From an uncultured Verrucomicrobiae bacterium (GTDB lineage Bacteria > Verrucomicrobiota > Verrucomicrobiia > Opitutales > JABDGR01), in assembly GCA_963765205.1 (NCBI GenBank), contig CAVXVB010000004.1, positions 64,001 through 128,000 of the forward strand: 64,000 nt of DNA, in the 5' to 3' direction. This document shows, one piece after another, positions 30,096-44,051 of this stretch (the stretch's first letter is position 1; each line of letters opens with the position of its first letter). The notes under the pieces are model-generated. The model was not told where the DNA came from. It did not search any database and was given only the letters and a program-made list of their open reading frames with translations. The translations under genes and the position numbers were made by a program.

Positions 30096-31230
30096 CTACG
30101 GCCTAGCCGGAGTTGCGCTGGGCGGCGCGTTGGCGGGTGGGCTGGCGAGCAGCAACCCGTCGTGACCAGTAGGATAGACGAAGGGTTTGATGCCTAAGAG
30201 TTGGACGGCGTTTTTCTCCTGCAAGTCCACGCAATAAGTTCGGTAACCGCCAAAGTCGATGGGCGGGGTTGGTTGTTTGGCCATGATCACAAAACGATGG
30301 TCAATGGCCGCGATGCCTGTGTGCAAATACCAAAAATCGCCTCGGGATGTGTCTTTCATAATCGTCGTGGATTTGCCAGTGGCCATGTCAAAGTCAAGAA
30401 AACCGGGTGTGCCGCCAGAGGCAGCGTCGTGAAAGGGCGCACCACCAATAAAGCCGAAGGCTGTAACATGCTGGCCCGAAGCGTCGGCGAAAAGCAGCCC
30501 CTGAATCCCGATGTCGCCAACAGCGACCACATCCTTGATTGTTAGGTCGTCTGGATCCAAATGGGCCAGAGAATCAAAAAGAGGATCGGGCGAAGGCACG
30601 AATCCACCGTTCACAACAATGATCAACTTTTCGCTAGCTTTGTCCCAGAGTGGTTTGGTGTCGATTCCAGTGGTTGCAGCAAGTTGCACGATCTTTTGTT
30701 CGCCACTGTTCAAGTCAATCCTCACCAACTGTTTTGTGGTTCCATTGTCCACGTAAACGATAAGGCAGTTTTTGTTTGGAAGCAGCAACAGCCAGGGCAC
30801 AAGCTCTGTATCGGGCAATCGAAAGGTGCGCGCCAAGGTCTTGTTTTTATAATATAGTTCCCTTATAATAATTGATGTTCCAGGCCCTGTCGACCTGGCG
30901 ACCCGCCATATCGGCAGTGACTAACTCGTCTAAACTCGCGAAATCCCAAGTATAGAAAGTCACGTCCTTAAGGAAATCAATCGGCTCGCGGGATGTCTTA
31001 CCCTGGCTGTCCACATGGAAAAGATAGGCGTGGCCTTCATCCGCAAGTGCGGTAAAATCCAAGTCCGCGAAGGGGGGATTCGTCGCGTGACGCGAGCAAC
31101 TGGCCAGCAATATGGCAAGAAATGCGGCAAATAGCCGTTGCGGTATAAATCCGGGTCTCACGGGAGATTGCCTCTTTCGGGCTGTAGGGGAATGGGGTGT
31201 AGAACTGCGATAAAGGAGCCTATTCGGCAA
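30096..31230 (-). CDS. Lower-GC lipoprotein, split by a frameshift near 30850
   Basis: Lipobox LAILLASC; the first ORF ends at 30847 and the other frame continues YKNKTLARTF... Confidence 0.6.
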
Positions 31231-31437
31231 ATTATACCATGGCCAACTTTTTCAATTCGTTCAATGAACTGGAAAACTTGAGGCGGCGTCGCTTTAACTC
31301 CCGGCGACTGCGGCAAAAATTAGATTTGATAATTTGTCGGCGCCGAATGGATAAACTCGGATTCATGCGGAGTATTTTATGGCTGCATCCATCGTTGTCA
31401 ATGAGTGGTCGTGAGGCAATTTTAGAACATTGCTCGC

Positions 31438-31516
31438 TTCGTAGCGCTGAGCTTTAGCCAGCGCTCCGGGTTGGAAGAGTGTCAAATAAGCGCTGGCTAA
31501 AGCTCAGCGCTACGAA
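31438..31516. repeat. GTAG-type REP doublet (REPIN-like)
   Basis: Perfect 28-bp IR ttcgtagcgctgagctttagccagcgct / agcgctggctaaagctcagcgctacgaa. Confidence 0.8.
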
Positions 31517-31581
31517 AATGCGTCAATACCCAACGTGTTATTCGTTTGCCATCGTGCCCTTGGCTCGCATCCTCGGAAAGC

Positions 31582-32544
31582 ATGACGCCGAAGTTGCTGC
31601 GGTTTGCGCCGATTTACCAGGCGCGGGTTTGGGGTGGGCACGCATTGTCTGCGGCGCTGGGGCGCGCGCTGCCGCCGGGCGCGCCCATTGGCGAGAGTTG
31701 GGAAATCGTGGACCGGCCCGAGGCGCAATCGCGCGTCGCGGGCGGGCCGTGGGCGGGGCGGACGCTGCGCGAAATCATCGAGCACGATGCCGCCACCGTG
31801 CTGGGGCCGCGCTGGCGGAAAAAAACCCGATTCCCCATCCTCGTGAAATGGCTCGACGCGCGCGAGCGACTGTCGCTGCAAGTGCATCCGCCCGCCGCGG
31901 TGGCAAAAAAGCACGGCGGTGAGCCGAAGACGGAACACTGGCACATCGCCGAGGCCGCGCCGGGCGCGGCGCTCATCGCGGGACTCGAGCGCGGCGTGAC
32001 GCGCGCGCAATTCAAAAACGCCCTGCGCGGCGGCGACGTGGAGCCGCTCGTCCACCGGATGCCTGTGCGGCGCGGGGAAAATTTGTTCGTGCCCAGCGGG
32101 CGGCTGCACGCGATTGACGCGGGGTTGCTGATTCTGGAGATCCAGCAGAATTCGGACACGACCTATCGTGTTTACGACTGGGGGCGCGTCGGCCTTGACG
32201 GGAAACCGCGCGCGCTGCACGTGGAGGAATCGCTGCGGAGCGTGGACTTCGCGGATTTCGAACCGGCAGTGCTCAAGGCGGGGAAAAAGGCGGCCGTGCT
32301 GGCGGATTGCGCGCATTTCCGCATCCGCCGCGTGCCTTTGGCGAAAGGCGCGAAACTGAATTTTGCCGCGCGCGAGCAACCACGCATCGTGTCCGTCGTG
32401 CAAGGCCGGTTGGCGAGCGACGACCCGGCGCATTCCGAACTTGAGCGTGGCGCGAATGCATTGGTGCCATTTGCCAGCGCAGTGGAATTTCGCGCCCTCA
32501 CGCCAAGTGTTGTGCTAGTGACGGAAAATTTCGCAGGCAGGTAG
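31582..32544 (+). CDS. manA: Type I mannose-6-phosphate isomerase
   Basis: VWGG, IGESWEI, LSLQVHP, KTE.W, EIQQNSDTTYRVYDW. Confidence 0.92.
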   Translation: MTPKLLRFAPIYQARVWGGHALSAALGRALPPGAPIGESWEIVDRPEAQSRVAGGPWAGRTLREIIEHDAATVLGPRWRKKTRFPILVKWLDARERLSLQVHPPAAVAKKHGGEPKTEHWHIAEAAPGAALIAGLERGVTRAQFKNALRGGDVEPLVHRMPVRRGENLFVPSGRLHAIDAGLLILEIQQNSDTTYRVYDWGRVGLDGKPRALHVEESLRSVDFADFEPAVLKAGKKAAVLADCAHFRIRRVPLAKGAKLNFAAREQPRIVSVVQGRLASDDPAHSELERGANALVPFASAVEFRALTPSVVLVTENFAGR

Positions 32545-32560
32545 TATGGCAATTTCGTAA

Positions 32561-32620
32561 TTTTGCGTCTTCTGCGTTTTTTGTGGTAAATTTTCACCGC
32601 ATAAAACGCAGAAGACGCAA
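32561..32620. repeat. Inverted repeat of the ACGCAGAAGACGCAAAA unit between convergent genes
   Basis: ttttgcgtcttctgcgtttt...aaaacgcagaagacgcaaaa; same unit at 39310-39392. Confidence 0.8.
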
Positions 32621-32640
32621 AATGGGAATTCACCAGCCGG

Positions 32641-33819
32641 TCACTGCTTGGCTGGTGTGTTCGTCGTATCCGCCGTCGGAGCCGGTGCGGTCGCTGCGGG
32701 CGGCGCGGCGGGGGCGCGGAAGGCGCGCTCGACGGTGTCGGTCGGGTCAACGTCCACCGGCTGGTCGCGCCAAAGCCAGCGCATCATGTCGGGGAAAATC
32801 GCGCCGCCCATTTTTTGGCCGTGGTTGTTGATGCCCCAGGCGTAATTGACCTCGTAGCCCTTCTTCGTCAGCGCCTCCATCAAGCGGACGTTTTGGAGGA
32901 ACCAGTCGTTGTTGGGCCGGCCGGGAGTGCGGTTGTCGTTGCGGCCGTCCTGCATGAAGATGCGGATGGGTTTTTTGTCGGCGGCGGCGACCAACTCCGG
33001 GTAAATGTATTCGCCTTTCAGGTCGGTGAAGCTGCCGACGATGGTGATAACTTTGTGGAAATCATCCGGGCGAAACCACGCCACGCCGAACGCCGCGCAG
33101 CCGCCGGAGCTGGCGCCCATGATGCCGTGCAGGTCGGGGTCGGGGGAGATGTTGTAATCTTTTTTCAGCGCGGGCATGATTTCGTCCACGATGACGCGGG
33201 CGTATTTGTCATTGGGCGCGTTGTATTCCTCGGGGCGATTGGTGGTTTTATCGCCCCAGCCGCCGTCCGGCTCAGGCGGTTCCGGCTGGTCGGGACGGCG
33301 GCCGGGGTTGATAAACACACCGAGCATGACGGGGATTTCGTGCCGGAAGATGAGATTGTCGAGCACGTTCTGCGCCTGGATGTCGCCCGGCTCAGCCATC
33401 ATGGCCTGCCCGTCGTTGAAGATCATGAGGGCGGTGGGTTTTGCCGGGTCGTATTGCGCGGGCACATAGACGTAGTAGGTGTGCTGGGTGCCGGGAAAAA
33501 CCTGGGAGGGAAGGTAGGTCGGCCCGACAAATTTGCCCTTGGGCACGCCGTCCATGGGCTGCGAATCGGGGCCGAGCTTGTAGAAGGCGTCGTTGTTGAC
33601 CATTTTCCTATCCACCATTTGGGAGTTGGGCGAGGGGCCGCCGCCCCGGCGTCCGGCCCCGCGCGCAGGAGCCGCCGGCGCGGAAGCGGAAGCGGCGGCG
33701 GGTGCGGGAGCAGCAGACGAAGCAGCCGCCGAGGCGGCGGCGGGGGCGGCCCCGGCCTGGGCGAAGGCCGCAGACCCGGCGAGCAAAAACACCAGCGGGG
33801 TAATGAGGAGTGTTTTCAT
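32641..33819 (-). CDS. Secreted Fes-like alpha/beta-hydrolase esterase
   Basis: Signal peptide; YVPAQY, FNDG, GASSGG nucleophile motif. Confidence 0.88.
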   Translation of the reverse strand: MKTLLITPLVFLLAGSAAFAQAGAAPAAASAAASSAAPAPAAASASAPAAPARGAGRRGGGPSPNSQMVDRKMVNNDAFYKLGPDSQPMDGVPKGKFVGPTYLPSQVFPGTQHTYYVYVPAQYDPAKPTALMIFNDGQAMMAEPGDIQAQNVLDNLIFRHEIPVMLGVFINPGRRPDQPEPPEPDGGWGDKTTNRPEEYNAPNDKYARVIVDEIMPALKKDYNISPDPDLHGIMGASSGGCAAFGVAWFRPDDFHKVITIVGSFTDLKGEYIYPELVAAADKKPIRIFMQDGRNDNRTPGRPNNDWFLQNVRLMEALTKKGYEVNYAWGINNHGQKMGGAIFPDMMRWLWRDQPVDVDPTDTVERAFRAPAAPPAATAPAPTADTTNTPAKQ

Positions 33820-33905
33820 GGGGGTAGGAGATTATTTAACTTTAGCAGGGTAATGCGTCAAACTGATTGAAACCGTAGCTTGAAAGCCACGCCGATTGCT
33901 TGCGA

Positions 33906-34766
<861 letters not shown>

Positions 34767-34987
34767 TCAAAATTAGTTTCTTTAACGGGTGGTCCAGCGC
34801 GTTTATTTCAGATTTGCCGCCAAAAAATTCGAGCGCCGCCGTCACGACATCTTGGCAGAATCAAACCCAACCCAAATCTTAGCCCGCCCCCCGAACCGAG
34901 CAACGCCAAATAAGCAATTTCGATCATTTGAGTCTTAGCGTAACGGGGTGGCGGAAGGATTTATTTCAAAGAGGTGGAGCAGACGGC

Positions 34988-37465
34988 TCAAGGCGCGGTA
35001 TACGGCATCGTCGCGCTGGCGGCAATTTCCGCGTCCGTGGGCGGGGGTGTGGCATCGAGGGAGAGCGTGCCGGTTTGCAGGCCATCGGCGGAGGCGGTGA
35101 TGGTAATCTTGCCGCTGGCGGCGCTGGCGCGGACGAGCGCGAGCACGCGGCCATCTTTAACAGTGCGTTCGAGGCTGGGGAAAGGCGTGTGGTCGTCGAG
35201 TTTGCCGTTGTCGGTGGCGACGATCACGCCGGGACCTTGCACGGCAAATTTCACCGAGGTGTCCCACGACGGCACGCGCACGCCCTTGGCGTCGGTGATG
35301 GTGGCGCGGACGAAGACAACGTCATCGAAGTCGGGGCTGGCGGTGGTGCGGTCGGTGGTCAGGGTGATTTTCGCGGGGGCGCCGGCGGTTTGCAGAATAT
35401 CCGTGGCGACGTCCTTGCCGCCGTTGCGGCCGACGGCTTTTAGTTCGCCGGGTGCAAAGGCCATCTGCCATTGCCGGGGCTTGGCATTGGCTGGGAGCGG
35501 TTGGACGCCGAGGGACTGACCATTGAGGAACAGTTCGACTTCCTCGCAATTGCTGAAGACCTGCACGGTGGCCTGGGCATACGGGGTTTGTGGGGACCAA
35601 TCGTCCACCATCTTGACGCTGGCCGGCGGCGTGTCGCCACCCGCGCCAATTTCGGTGCGGTCATTGCTGCGCACGAGGTGAACCACGGGCTTGGTGGCCC
35701 ACCACGAGTCGCGTTCGAGGCCGTTGCCCTTGACCGCGAGGGTGCGATCCACCAGGCCGGAGCCGCTGGAAACATTGGGCCACGCGCCGCCGGGGTCGTC
35801 CACGTTGGGCTGCTTCGGCACAAAGCCCTCGCCGAGGTAATCAATGCCGTCCCACAGGAAGCATCCAGCGAGCTGCGGATGGTCGCGCAAAAACGCCCAG
35901 GTGGCCGGGTCCTGGTGTTCTTCCGTGTTGATGAGCTTGCGCGTCGGCACGTTCTGCTGGCTGTTGACCATGTAGGAGTCGCGATAGTTGCTGCCGATCA
36001 CGTCGAGCGTGTCCGCATAGCCGTTCGAGTAATCGTTGTTCCGATCCACTTGCAAAAGCGCCTGGGTGACTGGGCGGGAGGGGTCGTATTGGTGGAAGGC
36101 GGCGACCAGGCCCGTGAGAATGTCGCGGGTCTTTTGGTTGTTGCTCGAGTCGTGGATTTCATTGCCGGCGCTCCAGAGGATGATCGAGGGATGGTTGCGG
36201 TCGCGCAGCACGGCGTCGCGCAGGTCCTTGAGTGACCAGTCGTTGAAAAACATGCTATAGCCCTTTTCGGCGTTGGCCTTGGCAACCGTCCAATTGTCGA
36301 ACATTTCATCCATGACCAAAATGCCCATTTTGTCGCAGACTTCGAGCTCGACGGGGTTGGGCGGGTTGTGGGCGAAGCGGATGGCGTTCGCGCCGAGGGC
36401 CTTCATTGCGGCGAAGCGCTCCTCGTAAACGCTGCGCGGCACGGCTTCGCCGACGGCGCCGCCTTCCTCGTGCAGGCATACGCCGAGGATTTTAATGTTT
36501 TTATCATTCAGCCAGAAACCAGTGTCGGGCTTGAACTCGATTTTGCGGATGCCAAAGGCGCTGTTGGCGAGGTCGAGCACCTTGCCATTCTCGAGGACAC
36601 GGGCGATGGCTTGATACAGGCTGGGGTGATCCAAATCCCAAAGCTTGGGGTTGGCGACGGTAATATTCTGCTGGAAGGTCGCGCTTTGGCCGGGGGCGAT
36701 GGTTTGCGCGGCGCTGGTCGCGGTGGGCGCGGCCATTTTGTTGTTGGCGTCATGCACCATGGTCGCCAGGGAAAAACTGCCGGATGCGGTGGAATTATTT
36801 GTGACTGTGGTCTCGATGTGGACGGTCGCGGATTGCGCCGTGACAGCCGGCGTGGTGACGTAGAGGCCCCAAGTTTCGACATACACAGGGTCGGTGACGA
36901 CGAGGCGGACGTGGCGCTCAATCCCCGAGCCGGTGTAATAGCGCGACAGCGGCTCGATGGAGTTGTTCACGTTGACGTCCAGAACATTGGGCTTGTCCGG
37001 CCCAAAGGTGAGAAAGGGCGTCAGATCGTAATGCACGCTGGTATAGCCGTAGGGCCGCAGGCCGAGCGAATGGCCGTTGATGAAAACTTCGCCGTTGGAC
37101 ATGATGCCGTCGAATTGGATTTCCACGCGCTGGCCGGCATCGGTCGCGGGCAGGGTGAAAAATTTTCTGAATTGCGCGATGCCGGTCGGCAGGTAAGCCC
37201 CGCCGCGCTTCGACGGCGCGTCCGCACTGTATGGTCCGGCGATGGACCAGTCGTAGGGTAGATTGACGGTGGCCCAGGCGCTGAGGTCGGCGCCGGGCAA
37301 GTCGGTGCGGTGAAAGAGCCAGGAGGATTCGAGCGGGAGCGTCAGGCGCGCGCCGGCGGGGTTGGCGGGGATAGCCGTGATGTTGGCTGGCGAATTTTGG
37401 GCGGCGGCGGGCGTGGTCGCAGCGAGGAGAAAAAGCAACGAGAAGAGGGCGGGATGGGCTTTCAT
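34988..37465 (-). CDS. Secreted GH2 beta-galactosidase-like glycoside hydrolase
   Basis: NAIRFAHNPP, RDRNHPSIILWSAGNE, DUF4982-like and Ig-like C-terminal domains. Confidence 0.92.
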   Translation of the reverse strand: MKAHPALFSLLFLLAATTPAAAQNSPANITAIPANPAGARLTLPLESSWLFHRTDLPGADLSAWATVNLPYDWSIAGPYSADAPSKRGGAYLPTGIAQFRKFFTLPATDAGQRVEIQFDGIMSNGEVFINGHSLGLRPYGYTSVHYDLTPFLTFGPDKPNVLDVNVNNSIEPLSRYYTGSGIERHVRLVVTDPVYVETWGLYVTTPAVTAQSATVHIETTVTNNSTASGSFSLATMVHDANNKMAAPTATSAAQTIAPGQSATFQQNITVANPKLWDLDHPSLYQAIARVLENGKVLDLANSAFGIRKIEFKPDTGFWLNDKNIKILGVCLHEEGGAVGEAVPRSVYEERFAAMKALGANAIRFAHNPPNPVELEVCDKMGILVMDEMFDNWTVAKANAEKGYSMFFNDWSLKDLRDAVLRDRNHPSIILWSAGNEIHDSSNNQKTRDILTGLVAAFHQYDPSRPVTQALLQVDRNNDYSNGYADTLDVIGSNYRDSYMVNSQQNVPTRKLINTEEHQDPATWAFLRDHPQLAGCFLWDGIDYLGEGFVPKQPNVDDPGGAWPNVSSGSGLVDRTLAVKGNGLERDSWWATKPVVHLVRSNDRTEIGAGGDTPPASVKMVDDWSPQTPYAQATVQVFSNCEEVELFLNGQSLGVQPLPANAKPRQWQMAFAPGELKAVGRNGGKDVATDILQTAGAPAKITLTTDRTTASPDFDDVVFVRATITDAKGVRVPSWDTSVKFAVQGPGVIVATDNGKLDDHTPFPSLERTVKDGRVLALVRASAASGKITITASADGLQTGTLSLDATPPPTDAEIAASATMPYTAP

Positions 37466-37485
37466 GGGGGTGGGAGGGGAATTAG

Positions 37486-39306
<1,821 letters not shown>

Positions 39307-39398
39307 GATTTTTTACCGCAAAAAACGCAGAAGACGCAAAAAGCAAAAGATCAGGCCCGGAGGTTTTGCGTCTTCTGCGTTTTTTGTGGTAGATTTTT

Positions 39399-40565
39399 TC
39401 ACACGAATTTCGGCAGCCATTCGCGCAAAGCCAGCACCGCCGCCTGGAAGGTTTTCGGCTCCGGCAGGAGGCTGAGGGCGTGGTAGCCGGGGCCGGCCGG
39501 GTCAAAATCGAAAAAATAGCCGGGGTGGGCGAGCACGCCCGCTTGGTTCAGAACTTCCAACGCCAGCCATTCCTCGTCAATCCCGGCGGGGCGGCGCAGC
39601 AGGGCGGCCCAGCCGGCGTCGCGCGGCAGCACGGTAAAACCTTCCGGCCATTGACTGGCGGACAACGCCAGGAAGTTCCGCGCGAAGCGGACTTGGATTT
39701 GCGCGCGGATTTTTGCCCCGTGGCTGAACAATTGCGGCAGCGCGGCTTGGACGGGCGTGGCGGCGCTCAAGTAAGCGTCGCCGATGAAATCGAGCCGTGT
39801 GCGCGCCGCGGTGGCGAGTTCGGCCGGGCCGCCGGTGTGGATCCACGCGAGTTTCAAGTGCGGCAATCCGCAACTCTTTGAAATGCCGCCGAGAATAAAG
39901 GTCAGTGCCGGACCGGCAGGCGCGGCAAACGTGCGTGCGTGATTTTCCCAGCCGGGCGCGGGATAATCCAAAAATACCTCGTCCACGATGAGGGCGAGTT
40001 TGTGCTCGGCGCAGAAATTCATGATATGCGCTGCGTCATCGGGATGCAGAAATCCGCCGGTCGGGTTGTGCGGGTGAATGAGCGCGACCGCGCGGGTGGC
40101 GGGCGACAACGCGGCGGCCAGGGCGTCGAGGTCAACACGCCAATGGCATTCGGATTCATAAAACAGCGGAAAGAAATTGGTCTTCCAACCCTCCAGCGAG
40201 GCGAGATGCTCGATCAGGGGATAAGACGGCCGGGGCGCGAGGACCTCCACGCCGGGTTCGCCGAGGAGCTTGAACAGGAACCCGTAGGCTTCGCTGGTGC
40301 TGGCGGTGAGGTGCAAATATTCCGGGTCAATGGCCGCGCGGTGCTGCTGCTGGTAGTATTGCGCGATGGCGGCGCGCGCCGAGGGCAGCCCGCGCGGGTC
40401 GGGAGTGTAGGGCGCGGCGGCGCTTTCCGCGAGGGCTGCGGCAATTTCCGGCACGGGATAAGCGAAACCCGCCTGGGTTGGGTTGGCGAGTGTTAGGTCC
40501 AGCACCAGGCCGCCCGCCGCGCGTCGCGCGGCCACCGCCCGCGTGAGTGGGTTGTCCTCAAGCAC
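39399..40565 (-). CDS. PLP-dependent class I/II aminotransferase (start uncertain)
   Basis: STSEAY, HPHNPTG, IVDEVF, GGISKSCGLP. Confidence 0.88.
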   Translation of the reverse strand: MLEDNPLTRAVAARRAAGGLVLDLTLANPTQAGFAYPVPEIAAALAESAAAPYTPDPRGLPSARAAIAQYYQQQHRAAIDPEYLHLTASTSEAYGFLFKLLGEPGVEVLAPRPSYPLIEHLASLEGWKTNFFPLFYESECHWRVDLDALAAALSPATRAVALIHPHNPTGGFLHPDDAAHIMNFCAEHKLALIVDEVFLDYPAPGWENHARTFAAPAGPALTFILGGISKSCGLPHLKLAWIHTGGPAELATAARTRLDFIGDAYLSAATPVQAALPQLFSHGAKIRAQIQVRFARNFLALSASQWPEGFTVLPRDAGWAALLRRPAGIDEEWLALEVLNQAGVLAHPGYFFDFDPAGPGYHALSLLPEPKTFQAAVLALREWLPKFV

Positions 40566-40719
40566 GGCCGGCAGCCGGGTGGAAAATGGAAAGGGAGGTT
40601 GCAGGTTTTCTACATCTTCAATGATTAAAAACGACGGAGTTGACTTTCAGCAATAAAGTAATCGAACAATTCAGCCATTCAACTTGCAACCCGCAACTTG
40701 CCAACCGGCAACCGCCTCC

Positions 40720-42045
40720 TCACGCTACGGCGGAATCCGCCTGCGCGGCCGGGTGCAATTCGTGGGCGGGCGCGGGGATGACATAGGGCCGCGCGGCTTC
40801 CAGCAGGCGGCGCGGAAGCAGGCCCTCGATATAGACGCCTTCGTCGCGCGGTTGCTCGCGGTGAACTGCGCCGGCCTCGTGCAGGCGGTTGATCAGGTCG
40901 TAGCGCGAATGGGGGATGAGCAGGGCTTGCGGCGTGGCCTCCTCGGCCACCAGGTCGTCAAGCTGTGCCAGCAGCACGCCCAGCCCCACGCGGGTGTGCG
41001 CGCTCAGGAAAAGAGCGCCGGGAAACTGGCCCTTGAGTTCGGTGAGGCGCAGCGGGTCGTCCACGCGGTCGAGCTTGTTAAAGACCGTGATAATGCGCGC
41101 ATGGTCTGCGCCGAGTTCGCGCAGCACGCTGAGCGTCGTTGCATGATGGGCGGCCGCTTCGGGGCTGGAGGCGTCCACGACGTGAATCAGCACGTCGGCG
41201 ACCAGGGCTTCTTCGAGAGTCGCCTTGAAGGCCTCGACCAAGCGGTGCGGCAGGCGGCGCACAAAGCCGACGGTATCGGTCAGCAGAAGAATGCGGCCGC
41301 TGGGCAGGCGCAGGCGGCGGGTGGCCGGGTCGAGCGTGGCGAACAATTTGTCCGCCGCCAGGACTTGCGCGCCGGTGAGGGCGTTGAGCAGCGACGATTT
41401 GCCTGCGTTGGTGTAACCGACGATGGCGGCGGTGGGTAGCGGCACGCGCAGGCGCTGGCGGCGCTGCACCCCGCGCTGCTTGCGCACGGTTTCCAAATCC
41501 GCGCGCAGGCGCTGGATGCGGTCGCGCACGATGCGCTGGTCGAGTTCGAGCTGGGTTTCGCCCTCGCCGCGCTGGTTGGCGCCGCCGCCGCGCTGGCGGG
41601 ACAGGTGGCTCCACGCCCGCCGCAGGCGCGGCATGAAATACTCGGCCTGGGCCAGCTCGACTTGCAGGCGCGCCTCGCGGGTGCGGGCGCGCGCGGCGAA
41701 GATGTCGAGGATGACTTCGTGGCGGTCAATCACGATCAGGCCGCATTCGGCCTCCCAATTGCGCTGCTGGGCGGGGTGCAGTTCGTCGTCGAAAATAATC
41801 AGCCCGCACTGGTGTTCCTTGGCCAGGGCGATAATTTCCGCGGTCTTGCCCGCGCCGAGCAGAAAGCGCGGGTTCGGCTCGCGCAGTTTCACGAGGATGC
41901 GCGTGGGCGCGACGATGCCGAGGTTGGCGGTCAGCTCGCCCAGTTCTTCCAGAAGCGCTTCGGCCTCCTCGCGTGATTGGCGGGCATTTTGCAGGCCAAG
42001 CAGGAGGGCGCGGGGCGCGGCGGCGTTCGCGGGAACGCTACTCAT
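40720..42045 (-). CDS. hflX: GTPase HflX
   Basis: GEGETQLELD, GYTNAGKSSL, LFATLD, DTVGF, NKLD. Confidence 0.96.
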   Translation of the reverse strand: MSSVPANAAAPRALLLGLQNARQSREEAEALLEELGELTANLGIVAPTRILVKLREPNPRFLLGAGKTAEIIALAKEHQCGLIIFDDELHPAQQRNWEAECGLIVIDRHEVILDIFAARARTREARLQVELAQAEYFMPRLRRAWSHLSRQRGGGANQRGEGETQLELDQRIVRDRIQRLRADLETVRKQRGVQRRQRLRVPLPTAAIVGYTNAGKSSLLNALTGAQVLAADKLFATLDPATRRLRLPSGRILLLTDTVGFVRRLPHRLVEAFKATLEEALVADVLIHVVDASSPEAAAHHATTLSVLRELGADHARIITVFNKLDRVDDPLRLTELKGQFPGALFLSAHTRVGLGVLLAQLDDLVAEEATPQALLIPHSRYDLINRLHEAGAVHREQPRDEGVYIEGLLPRRLLEAARPYVIPAPAHELHPAAQADSAVA

Positions 42046-42209
42046 ACGCGCGGGGGTTGGTTTTCGCTCATGCCAAAATTCACGGTCGGGGTGGTCGGTC
42101 GGATTACAGCAATTAGTGTGCCCTCGAAGGCCGCGGATGTCAAGGCGGGGAAGAGGGGTATTGACGCATTTTGAAATTAAGCCCTGAAATCCACGGCAAC
42201 AGCCCTTGC

Positions 42210-42389
42210 TTAATCAGTCTTCTTTTTTCTAACAAAAGGGCAAAAGAACGGCCAAATACCACCTGCCATAAAACCACCAAGTGCTGCGCTTAGTGAGGCA
42301 TCCCATGTTTGTCTGCACAATAAGCACAATCCAAGCATAAGGACACCATTAACAACCATCGAGAATAGAAGAAAGGGGAAGTTTTTCAT
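42210..42389 (-). CDS. AT-rich 59-aa two-TM small protein (below the ORF-track cutoff)
   Basis: MKNFPFLLFSMVVNGVLMLGLCLLC...ALGGFMAGGIWPFFCPFVRKKKTD*. Confidence 0.55.
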   Translation of the reverse strand: MKNFPFLLFSMVVNGVLMLGLCLLCRQTWDASLSAALGGFMAGGIWPFFCPFVRKKKTD

Positions 42390-42521
42390 GGCTTCATACC
42401 GCCTTCTCTACAACCTTTTGGTCTAGTAGCGCAACAACTTCCTTAATCAAGGCGCGGAAGGGATTGCCTTTGGGCGCGTGCGTGGTTATGGGAGAAACCC
42501 GCACCCCGATTCGCCGCGATT

Positions 42522-44051
42522 ATGAAATTCCCCACCTGCTTCCGTCCACGGCTTTCCGCGCGCCTGGTGGTGGCGCTCATCGGCGTGGCGGCGGCGTTGT
42601 TCGGCGGGTGCGCGACACCGCGCGCGGTGGTGCCACCGGAATCCTATATCCCGCCGCCGCAAACTTATCCCTACACGCTGCCGCCCGGGCCGCGACCCGC
42701 GCCGCCGGTGATTGTGCCACCGCCGCCCACGCCCGCGCCGTCACCGGTCGGAGGTGCGCGTGTCCTGCTCGGCATTGATGTGCTGGCGGCGCAGCATTTT
42801 TCCATTCTCCAGGGCCAGCGGGTGGGGTTGCTGACGCACAAGGCGGGGGTTAACGCCGCGGGTGTGAGCACGATTGATGTTTTGCGCGCTGCGCCGGGCG
42901 TGAAACTGGTCGCGCTCTACGCGCCCGAGCACGGCCTTTATAGCGACTATGTGGCCGGGGCAAAAATGCCCAAGCAGCAAACGGACAAGAAAACGGGCCT
43001 GCCGGTTTATACGCTTTTTCAAACCAAGGACGGCCTGGTGGAGGGCGACTATCGGAAGCCGTCGCCGGACATGCTGCGCGACATTGACGTGATGGTGGTG
43101 GATTTGCAGGACCTCGGCACGCGCTCCTACACGTTCATCAGTTGCCTGCTTTGCACCATGGAGGCGTGCTTCGAGCAGAACAAAACCGTGGTCGTGCTGG
43201 ACCGGCCCAATCCGCTCGGCGGCCTCAAGGTCGGCGGCCCGATCATTGAGGACCAATGGATGAGCTACGTCGGCGCGTATCGCGTGCCCTACGTCTTCGG
43301 GCTGACCATTGGGGAATTGGCGCGCATCGCGAAGGACAACCCCGGGATGCTGCCGAAGCCGGGTTTGCTGTCGTCGCCTGTCTCGGCGCAATTGTTCACG
43401 GTGTCCCCGGGAGCATGGGCGCGCGGCAAGCTCGTCATCGTCCCGATGCAGGGCTGGAAGCGTTCCATGCTCTGGCCCGACACCGGCCTGCCATGGATTC
43501 CGACCTCGCCGAACATCCCGAACCCCGCGGCGGCCTTTGGCTACGGCTTGGTCGGCCTCGAGAGCGCGGCGGGTATCGGCCATTTCGGACTTGGTGTTGG
43601 CACGCCCTATCCGTTCCGGCTGTTGAATTATCCCGCCCGCCCGCCCGCGGAAGTCGCCCCCGCGCTGAACGCCCTCAAGCTCCCCGGCCTAAGTTTCAAA
43701 CCGCTGGTCTATGGCGACCGCAACGATAAGAGTGGCGTTTACATCACGATCACCGACTGGAATGCCGTGGACCCGACACGCCTTGCCTTCGAACTGATGA
43801 AGCTCGACGCCACTTGGACGCCGCAGAGCGACAACCCTTATGCGCGCGCGGCGCTGCCGAGGGCGGGGAAGGACGCACCGAATGAGGAGCGCGAGTTCAA
43901 CATCTACGCCGGCTCCAGCGCCTGGTGGGCCGCCATCACCACCCAAGGCCGCCACGCCGACGTCGCCAGCTTCTTCAAACTGTGGGACGCGCAGGACGCC
44001 GCCTTCCAGCAGTGGACGAAGAAGTGGTGGCTGTATCCGGAGGGAAAATGA
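42522..44051 (+). CDS. namZ: Exo-beta-N-acetylmuramidase NamZ-like lipoprotein (DUF1343/YbbC)
   Basis: Lipobox LFGGC; GIDVL, PEHG, DLQDLGTRSYTFI, LDRPNP, W.PTSPNIP. Confidence 0.88.
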   Translation: MKFPTCFRPRLSARLVVALIGVAAALFGGCATPRAVVPPESYIPPPQTYPYTLPPGPRPAPPVIVPPPPTPAPSPVGGARVLLGIDVLAAQHFSILQGQRVGLLTHKAGVNAAGVSTIDVLRAAPGVKLVALYAPEHGLYSDYVAGAKMPKQQTDKKTGLPVYTLFQTKDGLVEGDYRKPSPDMLRDIDVMVVDLQDLGTRSYTFISCLLCTMEACFEQNKTVVVLDRPNPLGGLKVGGPIIEDQWMSYVGAYRVPYVFGLTIGELARIAKDNPGMLPKPGLLSSPVSAQLFTVSPGAWARGKLVIVPMQGWKRSMLWPDTGLPWIPTSPNIPNPAAAFGYGLVGLESAAGIGHFGLGVGTPYPFRLLNYPARPPAEVAPALNALKLPGLSFKPLVYGDRNDKSGVYITITDWNAVDPTRLAFELMKLDATWTPQSDNPYARAALPRAGKDAPNEEREFNIYAGSSAWWAAITTQGRHADVASFFKLWDAQDAAFQQWTKKWWLYPEGK

